A DNA stretch of 62,846 nt, filler included, from Chrysochromulina tobinii (taxonomy: Eukaryota), in assembly GCA_001275005.1 (NCBI GenBank). It is 5 parts of 5 records of this genome, joined end to end, with 100 filler letters (N's around TTAATTAATTAA, not from the genome) between each part and the next. Parts side by side here need not be neighbours in the genome. Positions count along the whole stretch, not along the records: positions 1 to 27,261 come from JWZX01001258.1; 4 more parts are not named here. One strand, given 5' to 3'. The notes under the pieces were generated by a model. The model was not told where the DNA came from. It did no database searches and saw only the letters and a list, made by a program, of their open reading frames with translations. A program made the position numbers and the translations under genes. This document shows positions 8,252 to 20,000 of the stretch, piece after piece; position 1 is the first letter of the stretch, and each line of letters opens with the position of its first letter.

Positions 8252-10564
8252 TCACGGCATCTCTACTTCGATCATCACGGGCCCTTGGATGAGGCGCCTT
8301 GCGATGCCCGGGTTGGCATTCGCCGCATTGACCAGCACGGTCGCCGGATCCGCCCGCGTGCCGAAGCGCACGCGCGCCGCACCTGCGCCTTCATGGATGT
8401 GCCCAAAGAGCCACAGGCGCGGCTTGCGCGTGGCACGTCGCACGGCGGTGCGCAGGCTGTCATCGCCTGCCTCCTCGCCGCCCGTGGCCCTGTCGAGCAC
8501 CCGCTTTGGCGGCACGTGCGAGACGAGCACATCAGAGGGAGGCAGCTTGCCACGGAGCGGGCCCTTGCAGTACGGCACGAGTGTGAACGAGAGGCCAGCA
8601 GCCTCGAACTGGCTCACGCTCGTCACGTATGTGGCACCCGAGAGTGGGAACGCCGCGACCGGTGGGTCGTGGTTGCCTCGCAGCACAAGCTTTGTCGGTG
8701 CTTCCAGTCGGCTCAGCCACTCGTCGAGCCGTGCCGCGGCATCCTCGTGCTCCCGTGACTCAGTGCCCTCGCCGCTGCGCGACCCCGCACGCCCTTCCGC
8801 CGCAAAGTCGGGTGCAAAGTCACCGCAGTGCACGACGACGTCGGCGGCGCCCACGTGCGTGAGCGTGGCCTCATGGCCGTGGGTGTCCGATACGACCAGA
8901 AGCCGCGCCACGTCAACTGCCACGTCCAACGGCTCTGCCTGCGAGCGGCTCGCAGCAGAGCCCGAGTGAGCGGCTACGGGGGTGCTCAGCGCGGCTGCAT
9001 CAGCGGTCGAGGGCGGTGGCACGTCATCATCCTCATCAATCTCCGCGGAGCTCGCATCGGAGATCGCATCTCGCTCCATCGCCGCGGCAACTCGATGCGA
9101 CGCGACGAGTCGAATGCCCACCTGAGCGTGCCGCCGCTTGCGCTGCCTCTCGCGCCGCCCGCCGCCGCGCTCTGCCTTGGCGCTGCCGCTCATGTCTTCA
9201 ATCGGGCGCACGCCGTCGCGTAGGCTCACCCGCAGCATGCGCACCGCCATTCGCTCGTCACTCGTAGGTGTCAGCTCGAGGGGCTCGAGAGTGCCCTCGT
9301 CACGCGCGCTGTCATCGGCGCTGTCGCGTAGCATCTCACGCCACGCCATTCCGACGGGCGCCGCGACGAGCTGGGCCACCTCCGCACGCGTTGAGGCGCG
9401 CAGCTCGGCGGCGCTCAGCACGGTCACTTTGGCCGCGGAAGTCGCCGCTTCCTTCGAGTACGGGGCGAATGTACTGGTTGCTGCCGCGGTGGCTGGATGC
9501 TCGTCGCGTTGGTTCTCGCCGTTGAGCATCGCCACATACCGCGCGGACGGCGAGGAGCCCACCGCCCTCTCCACAGCCCCCGTGGCCACCGCCGCGGCGA
9601 CTTGTCGCTCTTGCCGTCGGCGTAAGCGTCGGCGTAACCGTTCGGCGAGGACGACTCGATCGCAAGTATGCTCAGTAGGGACGGCCGAAGTGTGCTTGGC
9701 GCCACGCACGGCGGTCTTCCGGCGTGCGACGAGGGTGTCGAGCCACTGCTGCTGCACGCCCATCTCGAGCGCTCCCTCGCCGAGCGCCGTCACCTGGTCT
9801 AGCGAGGGTGCGCCTACCTCGGACGAGTGGGCAAGCGTCGTCTCGAGCTCTGTGCGCAGCGCCTTTCGCTGCTTCTGCAGCGCGACGGCCTTTTTGGCAT
9901 TGCGTGCGACGCGCTGGTGCGCCCGATCGGCGCGCGTCACCGCCGCGCGCGCCCGCATCTCCGCCTCGAGCGCCGTCAAGTGAGTTTCGTCCAGGCTCTG
10001 TGGCGGCGGCGACGCCGCCGCCGTGGCAGCCAAGGCGGGCAATGCTGGCAAGGCCGACGACGAGTCGTGGCCGATGGCGGCAAGGAGCGCCTGCGGCGGC
10101 GCGACAATGAGTGAACGCCCCGATGGCCCTTTGCGGCACCGCTGGATCAGGCCCGAGTCGGCCGTGACCAGCATCACATCGTGCCCACGTCGTTGGAACC
10201 ATGCCACGTCTCTCGCCGCAACATCGTCGGCAGACGCATCCGGCCCAGAAAATGCGACGGCTGTGCCGCCCAGCTGTGGCATGTGGAAGGCGTCCGCGGA
10301 CGATCCGTGATCTATAAGCACGATGCAACGCCCTTCGAGCCCAGACCGCTGCGCCCATCGCGCCGTGCGACCCAGCAGCGCTTCATGCGACAGCGAGAAA
10401 CCCGACTTTCCACGCGTGTTATCGCCATCGACGACCAACACGCCATTGGCATGAGCAAGCTGTGAGACCAACCCATCGAAACGTTTGAGCGCTCGATCTT
10501 TGGTGCTCACCGGCGCGACCAACGCACTGAGAATTGCTGTCGGGATGCATAGCGGCATCATCAT
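8252..10564 (-). CDS. Fusion of a NYN/PIN-like (YacP-type) nuclease domain and a calcineurin-like metallophosphoesterase, with an N-terminal targeting-like peptide
   Basis: N-part: VLVVDGDN, VLIDHG, FSGPDASADD, VMLVTADSGL. C-part: VVSDTHG, VHCGDF, LRGNHD, SHVPP, FGHIHE. The start MMMPLCIPTAILSAL at 10564 is hydrophobic. Confidence 0.82.
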   Translation of the reverse strand: MMMPLCIPTAILSALVAPVSTKDRALKRFDGLVSQLAHANGVLVVDGDNTRGKSGFSLSHEALLGRTARWAQRSGLEGRCIVLIDHGSSADAFHMPQLGGTAVAFSGPDASADDVAARDVAWFQRRGHDVMLVTADSGLIQRCRKGPSGRSLIVAPPQALLAAIGHDSSSALPALPALAATAAASPPPQSLDETHLTALEAEMRARAAVTRADRAHQRVARNAKKAVALQKQRKALRTELETTLAHSSEVGAPSLDQVTALGEGALEMGVQQQWLDTLVARRKTAVRGAKHTSAVPTEHTCDRVVLAERLRRRLRRRQERQVAAAVATGAVERAVGSSPSARYVAMLNGENQRDEHPATAAATSTFAPYSKEAATSAAKVTVLSAAELRASTRAEVAQLVAAPVGMAWREMLRDSADDSARDEGTLEPLELTPTSDERMAVRMLRVSLRDGVRPIEDMSGSAKAERGGGRRERQRKRRHAQVGIRLVASHRVAAAMERDAISDASSAEIDEDDDVPPPSTADAAALSTPVAAHSGSAASRSQAEPLDVAVDVARLLVVSDTHGHEATLTHVGAADVVVHCGDFAPDFAAEGRAGSRSGEGTESREHEDAAARLDEWLSRLEAPTKLVLRGNHDPPVAAFPLSGATYVTSVSQFEAAGLSFTLVPYCKGPLRGKLPPSDVLVSHVPPKRVLDRATGGEEAGDDSLRTAVRRATRKPRLWLFGHIHEGAGAARVRFGTRADPATVLVNAANANPGIARRLIQGPVMIEVEMP

Positions 10565-10782
10565 ATCAAACTCGAAGTTGAGATTTCGATCTCCTTCATT
10601 CGTTTCAGGGCCCTCTCGGCCAGACACACACCCGCCGTGATTCGCGAAGATGTGCAGTCGACTTCGTCTGACCCTTTTTCGGTGATCCAATCTCCGATAC
10701 ATCCCCGAACCCTGCACCCGAACCCGAGTCCAAAACTCTCCGCGCAACGTCAATTTATCGGCATCCATCATCATATAACGTG

Positions 10783-11348
10783 ATGAAGCTCCTCGTCCTC
10801 GTCCTGCCCTTTGCGTCGGCGTTCAAGCTTCCCATCTCACCAAAGCTGTCGGCAACTGCAGTCACACTGGCTGCGCCTCTGCCTGCGTTGGCGGTGTACG
10901 AACCCATTCACAAAGTGCTGCCCGGCACGGAGTGTGAGTGACCAAGAGGCTTTGAACTCTCATCCGATGGATCACAAAACACGCGCTGCTCTGACGCCTC
11001 CTTGTTGCTCCGTCCAGATGGTGACGTGATCATGTCCCAAAACAACGTGGCGTCCGCGGCCCTGGGCCTAGTCATGCTGCTTGGTACGCTGGACATTTGA
11101 GCCATCAAGCTCGCCTAGTTTTCCTTGTGCCTGGCACTCCATCACGCACTTGCGCCGCACTCACGCTTCCTTATGCACCCAACTTCCCAGGCGTCTTCTT
11201 CGCCTTCTTCGATTACATGCTCAAGTTCGGCGCTGAGAAGGCCTGCATCATCTCGAGCACCACTGGCAAAAAGGTCTGTGGCTACATTCTAGACGCCTCG
11301 CAGGATGGCTGCGTGCTAACCGACCACGATGGCTGGCAGTGCGCCTAA
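10783..11348 (+). CDS. Small 3-exon, plastid (probably thylakoid)-targeted single-pass membrane protein with a C-terminal 4-Cys motif. Exons 10783-10924 or -10933, 11018-11083, 11191-11348
   Basis: Manual splicing gives MKLLVLVLPFASAFKLPISPKLSATAVTLAAPLPALAVYEPIHKVLP..GDVIMSQNNVASAALGLVMLLGVFFAFFDYMLKFGAEKACIISSTTGKKVCGYILDASQDGCVLTDHDGWQCA*. Intron phases are compatible with the donor and acceptor sites. Confidence 0.75.
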
Positions 11349-11668
11349 ATGGTTCGCGCTATCAACGGGGATGTGGGCACTTTTCCTTCGTGCCGAACTG
11401 GAAGACGAGCTTGATGACGCGCTCATGCACGCGAATTACCAGCACGATGTCCGCGCACGAGCACGGCCAATAGAGCCCGTCCTCGGCCGTCGCATGGAAA
11501 ATCACCTGAAATACACCCTCCTTCACATACCATACAAAGAAGGGAGGGGGCGAGGTGCTATGTGTGGGATGTATTATTTTCCGTTCCCAAACTATACTCG
11601 ATCGGCGCACCTATACATACGGTACCGGTATCGAAGGCGTTACAGAAGTTCAAAAGTTGCGCCGCGCG

Positions 11669-13546
11669 ATGTCCGACGGGCTCTCACGCTGTCCCACGCC
11701 TGAACCCGCGCAGAGCCCTCGCGACGGACTCGCCGCGCAGGTGAAGCAGCTGCAGGAGCACGTGGAGCGGCTTGAGGAGGATAACCGCAGACTGAGACTC
11801 TTGCGCCAGGCCAATCTGAGCGAGATCTACGAGCAGAGCCAGGCGGCGCCGGCGGGCGGCGCAACTGGAGTGGAAGATGAGGGTAAGCATGATATGGTTG
11901 CCTCCTATCTTGCAGCGGAGACAAAGAGGATGCGGCGCGAGCTTGCAGACAAGAATGCTCTGATCGCGCGGCTCAGTAGGCTCGCAGACGTGCTCCCGGA
12001 GGACGAGATGCTCAAAGGCGTGCTCGCAGAAGATATGGAGACTCAACATCGCCGTGAGCGTGCGCGCTGGCGCTGGCAGCAGGCGATGCTCCGGGTGGGC
12101 CTCGCGCACAGGCAAAAGAGGGTAGAGCGCGCGAGTGCAAAGCAGCTCGTTGTGCACTGGTTGGGCGCGCAGCATCAAAAGGGCGCGATCGAAAGGATTA
12201 ACACTCAGCTTCAAGAGACGAAGTTGATGTTGGACCGCACCCTCGCCGAGCGTGAGTTTCTGGAGGCACAGGCAAAAGAGATCGGCGAGGAAAAGGCGTC
12301 GCTGCAAGCGCAGCAGACCGCACTGATTAGGACGGCGCTCGAGGCGGCACAGCGCGACAAGCAGCTCTTGCAGGTGGCCGATTCGGCAGAGGAGAGGGCC
12401 ATCGCTGCCTCGAAGCGTAAGGACGAGCTTGCATCGGAGATACACCATCTGCGCTGGCTGGTCAAGCAGGTCGAGGAGGCTGCGGCCGCCTCCATGGATC
12501 GCTCGGCGCTGCTGGAGTCCGAGCGCGACTTTGGGCGCAAAGAGATTCTGGACGCGCGGCGGCGCCAGGCGGCGGCGGAGCAGCGCGTCGCGCTCCACTT
12601 GCAACAGAAGCACGAAGCCGAGGCAGAGCTCGTGGCCACACGCGCCGAGATGGGCGCCCAGATGGACGAGCTCCGCCGCAAGGAAGTGCGCGGCGCCCGT
12701 GGCAGCACAGCCGAGCTCGCGCACCAGCTGGAGGCGCTCAGGCACGCGCGCCACTGCGATGCGGAGGCGTTCGACCGCATGCGGACCACGGCACGTCTGC
12801 TCGCGGCGCGTGTCGTCGAGCTCGAGGGCTCCTTCGGCGAGATACTGCGCCCCTCGGCACCCAATGCGGCGATCGCGCGCGCCATCGAGAGCCTCTCCGA
12901 TGGTGATGGAACGAGCATCACGTTCACGATGCCGTCGGCGGCTGAGGGCGCCACTATGGCGCTGGGCGCGTTCCCCATCGGGAGAAGAATCTCGGCAACG
13001 CCGCCACGCCGTGCGAGCGACTATCGGCCGTCCATCATGCCGACGCCGACCTGTGAGCCGCCTCGAGGGGCGCTGAGCACGCCGCCCGCCCTCGCGCCAG
13101 CGGCTTGTGGGCCCATCCGAGCAGTGGATATGGCAAGCAGTCGGGCAAAAGCCACCAGCTACGCGCACGCATTCACTTCATCGCGCGCACAGATGCAAAT
13201 GGCCTGCTCGCCTCTTGCGGGCCCACCGCTCAAGAGTTCGTCTCTTGCCGCCTCGCTGTCCATGCCATCCATCGTCTTGTCGCCCTCTCTTTTGCCGCTC
13301 CCTCGACCTATCACGTCGCCTCTCATATCGCCAATGCAAAGGGCACCCGCCGACCTCAATGTTGCCTCTCTGCCCGTTGCGCGCGGCGCGGCTCGTGCAG
13401 CTTCGCGACAAGGCACGCCCTTGAATTGCGCGAGCCGTAACGAGACCTGGCACGTCGTGCGCTGTCACGCGAACGCGTCGGTCACGGGTGCGGCCGCAGA
13501 GTCAAACCCAGTAGGACCTTGGCGGCCCGAGTGGAGCCTGAGTTAA
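11669..13546 (+). CDS. Long coiled-coil protein with a Pro/Ser-rich C-terminus, function unknown
   Basis: Uninterrupted ORF with E/Q/A/R-rich heptads (LAAQVKQLQEHVERLEEDNRRLR...). ATG at 11669. Confidence 0.75.
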   Translation: MSDGLSRCPTPEPAQSPRDGLAAQVKQLQEHVERLEEDNRRLRLLRQANLSEIYEQSQAAPAGGATGVEDEGKHDMVASYLAAETKRMRRELADKNALIARLSRLADVLPEDEMLKGVLAEDMETQHRRERARWRWQQAMLRVGLAHRQKRVERASAKQLVVHWLGAQHQKGAIERINTQLQETKLMLDRTLAEREFLEAQAKEIGEEKASLQAQQTALIRTALEAAQRDKQLLQVADSAEERAIAASKRKDELASEIHHLRWLVKQVEEAAAASMDRSALLESERDFGRKEILDARRRQAAAEQRVALHLQQKHEAEAELVATRAEMGAQMDELRRKEVRGARGSTAELAHQLEALRHARHCDAEAFDRMRTTARLLAARVVELEGSFGEILRPSAPNAAIARAIESLSDGDGTSITFTMPSAAEGATMALGAFPIGRRISATPPRRASDYRPSIMPTPTCEPPRGALSTPPALAPAACGPIRAVDMASSRAKATSYAHAFTSSRAQMQMACSPLAGPPLKSSSLAASLSMPSIVLSPSLLPLPRPITSPLISPMQRAPADLNVASLPVARGAARAASRQGTPLNCASRNETWHVVRCHANASVTGAAAESNPVGPWRPEWSLS

Positions 13547-14003
13547 GAAACGTTATGGTAGGGCTATAGAACGGTAGAAGTGTTCCATTAGGCCTTCTTT
13601 CGTTTGGTAACGCCTTTCGCGTTCCTTTCGCATAGCAACGTTTTTCCGCATTCGACATTGTCCGTACTCTCGAACGCTCGAGCCGCCGGCCCGAGCCGAG
13701 AGTTAAATTCCGACTATTGATTGAGTGTTGTCCGCCGCCGCGCAGTGCCGCGGGCGGGGCCGCGGCACTGTCTCTCAAGTCCGGTCAGGTCTCTACGAGT
13801 CACTACGCTACACGCTATATACACGCTATACTTACGGGTAGTCGCAATCACCCTATATGTACCCTCTCGTATGCGTGAGTGTATTGCTACATCGGCCATT
13901 GCTACACTATGACTGCGCCGTTCTGCGCCGCGACAGTGATGAGTGAATTTCACTGTGAGCTGTGTGATCCCTGCGGCTCCTCAACTTCTAGGAAGCTCAA
14001 CGG

Positions 14004-17000
14004 TCACCTCTTCGAGCTCGGCTTGAAGATGAAGTCGGTGGGCGGCAGCACGCGCTGCTGCAGCAGGCAGTGCTTGGCCCAATCCTGCGAGATCGCGATC
14101 ACCTCGCGGGCCCGAGCCCGCTCAAGCCTCGTGCGGACCGCCGCCTCGTCGGCATCCTTCTCTACGAGGACCAGGCAGCGCTGCGACACGTGGTCGCGGG
14201 CGCCATGGTGCTGCGGCGGCAGGTCGGTGCGCACCTCGGCGCCGGCGGCGCGCAGTAGCGGGGTCCACTTGGCGCAAAAGTCATCGGAGCCTGTGGGAAC
14301 GATGACGTACCCGCTCAAGAGCGGCGTCCACGCCTGCGCTCTCGCGCGATCGGGCGACGCATCGACGCTGCGGCTTCTGGGCCCGCCGCCGCGACCGGCG
14401 GCGGCGGACGCGTTGGTATTGGCAAGCTTGGCCGCGTACTCCCCGGGCACGGGCTGCCAGCAATTCTGCATGAGGGAAGCATGGGCCCAGCTGGGGCGCA
14501 GGGGCACGCAGCCGTACGCGAGCCCAAAGAGGACTTTCTCCGTGATCCTGATTGGCATGTCCTCGGCACAAGCTTCGGCGAGCAGCACGAGCTTTCGATT
14601 CGCCACGAGCCGGTGCAGATCGTAAAAGAGACTCTCACTGTCGCTCTCGACGATGACCAGCCCAGCACCCTGCTCCCGCGCCACGTCAACGATGCGCCCG
14701 CCCGCCACACGAAGCGTCGCCTCGAGCGCGGCGCGGTCGTCATCCGTGAAGCCGGTGAGCATGAAGGCAGCGCCTACGAAAAGGCGGCTGCATGCGCCGG
14801 CTGCCGCTGCGTCGCTCGAGCTGGCGCCGGCCGTTGCGGCGGCGCCGGCCGTTGCGGCGGCGCCGGACGCAGAGGAAGCGCCAGCGCTACCGAGGGCGAT
14901 ACGCGTGCCACCTGGTGACGCTCGGCTGCGGGCGGAGCGGCCGCCGGCGGAGCGGCCGCCGTCACTTGGTATGGGCGATTCCGCAACGGCCTCGTCCGTC
15001 GCGCCGTAGTCGCACGTCTCAGCGAGCGCGCGAGATCGAGGACGAGATTGTGATCGAGGGCGAGATGGCTCTTCACCCTCGTCCCCCTCGTCCTCGTCAT
15101 CGATCTGCCGAAGCCGGCCGCTGCTGCAAGCAATCCACTCGTCGAAGCGCTTATTCCATCCGAGGAAGTGCACCTTGACCTCTCGATGCGACCCTATCCC
15201 TCGGGCATCGACCACGCGTCCATCATACCACTCGGAGAACGAGTCGCGCGCCTGAAGCGAGGTGCCCACGCGCAGAGCAATCACCTCCTCCGTGCTGAGC
15301 ACACGGCAAGGCGGCTCCGGCTCGTCTTCCTCCTCACCCTCCTCCTCCTCACCATCCTCACCCACCACCTCCTCCTCCTCTGCGTCCTCTGCCTCCTTTG
15401 CCTCCTTTGCCTCCGCCGCCTCTTTCTCCGCCTCCTCCGGAACTCGTGCCGCCCTGGCCGCCCTGGCTGCGCTGGCCGTCGTCCCCCCAGCGGAGCGCCG
15501 TCGCGAGCGCATCCCCTCAGGCGAGCGGAGCGCCGTCGCGAGCACCGCCCCCTCAGCAGAGCGGTCCTCCCTCAGCCGCCCCGCGTTGAGAGCAATCCAC
15601 ACGTCGTGCCGCTTATGCCATCCATGGAAATGAATCTTCGCCTCGCGCTGCACACCCAGCCCACGCAGGTCGACCACCTTGGCCCCGTACCACCCACCTT
15701 GCTGATCGCACGCCTGTAACCAATCACCCAAGCGCAGTCCATCCCGAAGCATGGTGTCGGGCGGTGCCGTCGCAGCGGCGGGGGGAGCGGCGGGTTCCTC
15801 TGCTAGATCCGGTGCCGCCTCCGCATACAACGCCTCGTGAGCGTCGACGTGAGCATCATCGTCGTCGCCTCCGGCCTCATCGTCGGCGCCTCCGGCCTCG
15901 TCCTCGGCCCCGGCCGCCGCGCCCGCGCCCACTTCTCTCAGCCGACCCGCATCCAAAGCAATCCACTCGTCGTGCCGTACGCTCCAGCCATGAAAGTGCA
16001 CCTTCACCTGACGGCGAGCCCCCAGCCCGCGGAGCGCGACCACCCTGGCCAAGTACCACGCGCCGCGCTTGTCGCGTGCCTCCAGCCGGTCGCCCACGCA
16101 CGTACGTGCCCACGGCGACGCGTCCAGCTGTGTCGGCTGCTCCTGCTCGACGTCAACCTCCTCGGCCTCCTCGTCCTCCGCCGGCGCCGCGTCTGCTGCG
16201 GCCTCGCTCGCGTCGTCCTGGGCGGCTGGCTGCTCCTCGTCAGCCACTGCCATCGACTGGGTGGCTACGATCACCTCGAGCTGCGTCGGCACGATGGGCT
16301 CTTCGTCCACGGCCGCGTCCGCGGCCTCCTCTTCCGCGGCCTCCATCGGCGCACCCGCGTCCAAGTCCATAACCTCCTCGGATCCGCCCCGGAAGTGTCC
16401 CGGAAGTGTCCTCGCCTCCGCCGCCTCCTCGCGCACCGCACTCGCATGCGCCGTGTCGAGCGCACCTTGTGCATGGAACTCGCGCAACAGCTCATCACAG
16501 CCTCCCTCAAGGTTCGCTCGTGGCTCCCACGTCGCATCAGCTTCGCCGTAGCCTTTCCAACGTACCAAGTACGCGAGGCCGCCGTCGTCGCCCAGGCGAG
16601 ATGCGAGGAGCGCCTCCGCCTCAAACTCCTCCTCTGCTTCCTCCGCTTCCTCCTCGTCCTCCGCCTCAAACTCCTCGTCGTCTTCTTCTTCCTCATCTGA
16701 CACGATCACGAACCCTCGTTGTCTGACACGACAAACTCCGCGCGGCGGCTGCCGCCGCGCCGCCGCGCGGGAAAGGTGGCCACGAGAAGCGCGCCGATCG
16801 GGCGGCGAGGCGGCGGCTGCCGATCGTGCGCCCGGTGCCGCCGCTGCCCAGACCTGGGCTGCCTTAGCTGCACACGCGCGCTTCGGCTTGGCCTCGGCGG
16901 GGGTCGGCTCGGCGGATGGCTCAGCGGCCCGGCGCTTGGAACCAGCAGGCGGTGGCGGTGGCGGTGGCGGTGGCGGTGGCGGCGCCGCCCGCGCCGTCGT

Positions 17001-20000
17001 TGGCACCGCCGGTGGTGCCTTGGGTGCAGGCGCCTTGGCTGCTGCTGACGCTGAGGAGGCGGCAGCCGAGCCAGTGGCGCCGGCGTTGGCGAGGAGAGCA
17101 CCAAGGACGGCGGCAACCGAAGACTCTGGCGGCGCATCACACGTACTCGAGAGCCTCGAGCGACCGGGGAGCGCACGTTTCTTCACACTCCCGCTCTCAG
17201 CGCGCGAGGCTGCGGACGGCGACAGGAGTGACACTGAAGGCGGCGGCGGTGCGAGAGGTCGCTTACGTGACGGTGGCGGCAGCTTGGCACGCGCCGCCCT
17301 GGCATCACTCGCCGCCTGGCCGCAGCATGCACCGCCACTGCTGCCGCCTCGGACAGCCCGCACCAGATTTGCCGCACCTGAGGCGCACACTGCCAGCGCG
17401 AGCACGTCGTCGAGGTCGACAGATGGTGACTCCTGCGAGCCAAACGCGCCAGCGCCGTCAGAGCCCTGTGAGGCTATCAGCATGGGTGGCACGATGGGCA
17501 GTGGCTGAGCCCTTGATTTCGCCCCTCCGTCTGCTCGCTCGGAGCGTTGGCCGCTCAGCGGAGGCGCGGCCGCCACAGCCCCCTTGGCCCATTCGGCTTC
17601 GGCTCGAGAGCGAGGCGCCTCGAGCCACGCCAAGGGGTTGTCCTCAGAGCTCTCGTCTGACGCCATGGCGCCCGCCGCCGCTGGCTCCGAGTCCATCCCC
17701 ATCTCGGAGGCCGCCACGGGTGGACTGTCGCACGCGACTGTCGCACTGGCGGCAGAGCGCGCGGAGGCGCGAAGGCCGCTCTGCCCTCCACTGGCCCGCC
17801 TTTGGCTGCGCCCCGCGGCAGACGAGTCCTCATGACGAGACGACGCGCGGCGAGATGAGGCGCGGTGAGACGAGCTGTCTTGTCGGGTCTCAGAGCTGCC
17901 CTGGCCCTCGCCGCTCCTCATGAGACTCTCGTGCAGGCTGTCGCAACGGTTCATACTCGCGCTGGCCGGTGTGGTCAGACCCTCGCCCACGCCCTCGCCC
18001 ACGCCCTCGCCCACGCCCTGTCCCTCGCCTGTGCCCAGCCCCTCGCCCTCACCCTCGAGTGGACTGCGGCTTGGGCTGGCACGCGCCGCAGCCGCCATCG
18101 CGCTCTGCCGAGGCTCGGGTGGCTTGAGGGTGGCTTGGGGATGCCTTGGGGGCGGGGGAGGCTCGGGCGGCTTTGGGGTGACCCTCTTGCGCTTGCGTTT
18201 GGGTGGGGGCGCCTCCCATGGCAGCTCGTCCTCATCTGGCAGAAGTGCCATCTTCGAACCGTCGTCGTCGTTATCCTCCTCCTCCTCCTCATCCTCCTCC
18301 TCCTCCTCGTCTTCGTCGTCGTCGTCGTCCCTCTCCTCCTTCTCCTCCTTGCCCTCCTCCGCTTCCTCCTCCTCCTCCTCCTCCTCCTCCTCCTCCTCTG
18401 CACGCACAAGGCAGCTGATGGGCTGCAGCGGCGGTGGCGCCTTGGCCCCCTCGGCCTCCTCAACCGCCTCCGCTACCGCCGCCTCTCCCCGCTGCCAGGT
18501 GCTCGTGGCCCCGCCATTCTCCTCGTCGCTATCAAGGTTGATCACAACAGCCGAGGATTGGACTGCCGTTGGGAGCCCTCCGGCGATGCCGCCGACGATG
18601 CCGGAGGCAGCCGCCGCCTCAGCACGGGGCGCATGTGCCGGCGTCTCGACCGCCTCGTCTCCCTCGGCTCCTAATCGCCCTGCCGCTAATCGCTCTGCCG
18701 CTGGGGTTGCCTCCGCTGGCGACGGGCAGCCCACAGCGATGTCGTACGGCGCCGACAGCTCGGAACCACCAAAGCAGCCCGTCTGCGCCTCCACCCAAAG
18801 GACGCCGTGTTGGGCAGATGCGGCGCCGCCCTCGGCTGCCTCCTCCGCCACCGCCTTCTCTGCTTCCACATCCTTCGCCTCCGCCTCCGCCTCCGCCTCC
18901 TCATCCTCGGCGATGGCACCCATGCCGGCGCCCATGCCACTAGCGACTTGGTGACTCAGGCTCAAAGACGGGCTCATGCCCGGCTGCTCGCTCGTGGGTG
19001 GTTGCTGGCTCGTTTTGAGCTGCTGGCTGGGCCGATGGCTTGGCGGCCACGAAGGGTACAGCGATGGGCCTTGCTGCCCCTCCTCCAAACCTGCAAGTTG
19101 CGCCGCCTCCGCAGCCACCGCCTCGCGCGCCGCCGCTATCACTTCGGACTCTCGCTCTGATGCCTCTGATGCCTCATGCTGCGCCCTATCTGCGCCATGA
19201 GCCAGCGCCACGCTCTCCGCCACGCTCTCCGCAAGCTCGAAGGCCGCGAGTTGCGAGGCGGGCTCCGACAGTGCCATGACGGCGGCCCCTGCCCCCGCAA
19301 GCGGCGCCGATGGCGGGTACGGCTGCGTGCATGCATTCGGAGCGTCGCCCTGGTAGCGCATCAGTGCCGCTGCGGCGTCCTCGACAGAGGTCGACGGCGG
19401 CTCGGCGGGCGCAGCTTCGTCGGCTTCGTCGGCTTCGTCCGGCTCGGCGGGCGCGGCCTGGGCTTGCACCGACTCTGAGAGCGTCGAGTCGGGCGTCGAG
19501 CCCCTGCCAAGGCCAAGCAGCATGGCCGCCTCGGACGTGCCGTGACGGGGCGTGCCGTGACGGCGCAGCGCGCCAACACCTGCCGCCGTGGACTGCTCTG
19601 AGGACCTGCCTGAGGCTGATGGCCCTCCTTCAACTGCCGGCTCTGCTTCATAGGTGGCAGGCGCCGCGTCAGTAGGTGCTGGGTAGTCCGCCGGTCCACT
19701 GCCTCGATTGCTATGGATTGCGCTTGATAGCCCTTGATGACCTCTCTCATCAGGCGTCGCGTCACTCGGTGCTGGGCCGTCCGCCGGCCCAGTGGCGTTG
19801 GGGGGCAACGGCATTGGAGGGGTGCCTTGCGTGGCTCTTGGCTTGCTCGAGGAGGGTGCCGTGGTGAGCACTTGCATGCATCGGGCTCGTGGCTTCTCGT
19901 GGCGCACGTCGTCAGGGCCAGCGGCACCGCCCTCGCTAGGCGCACCGATCTCAAGGGCGCCGGCCGCAGGGAAGGACTCGAGCGCCAGCAGAGGGAGCTG

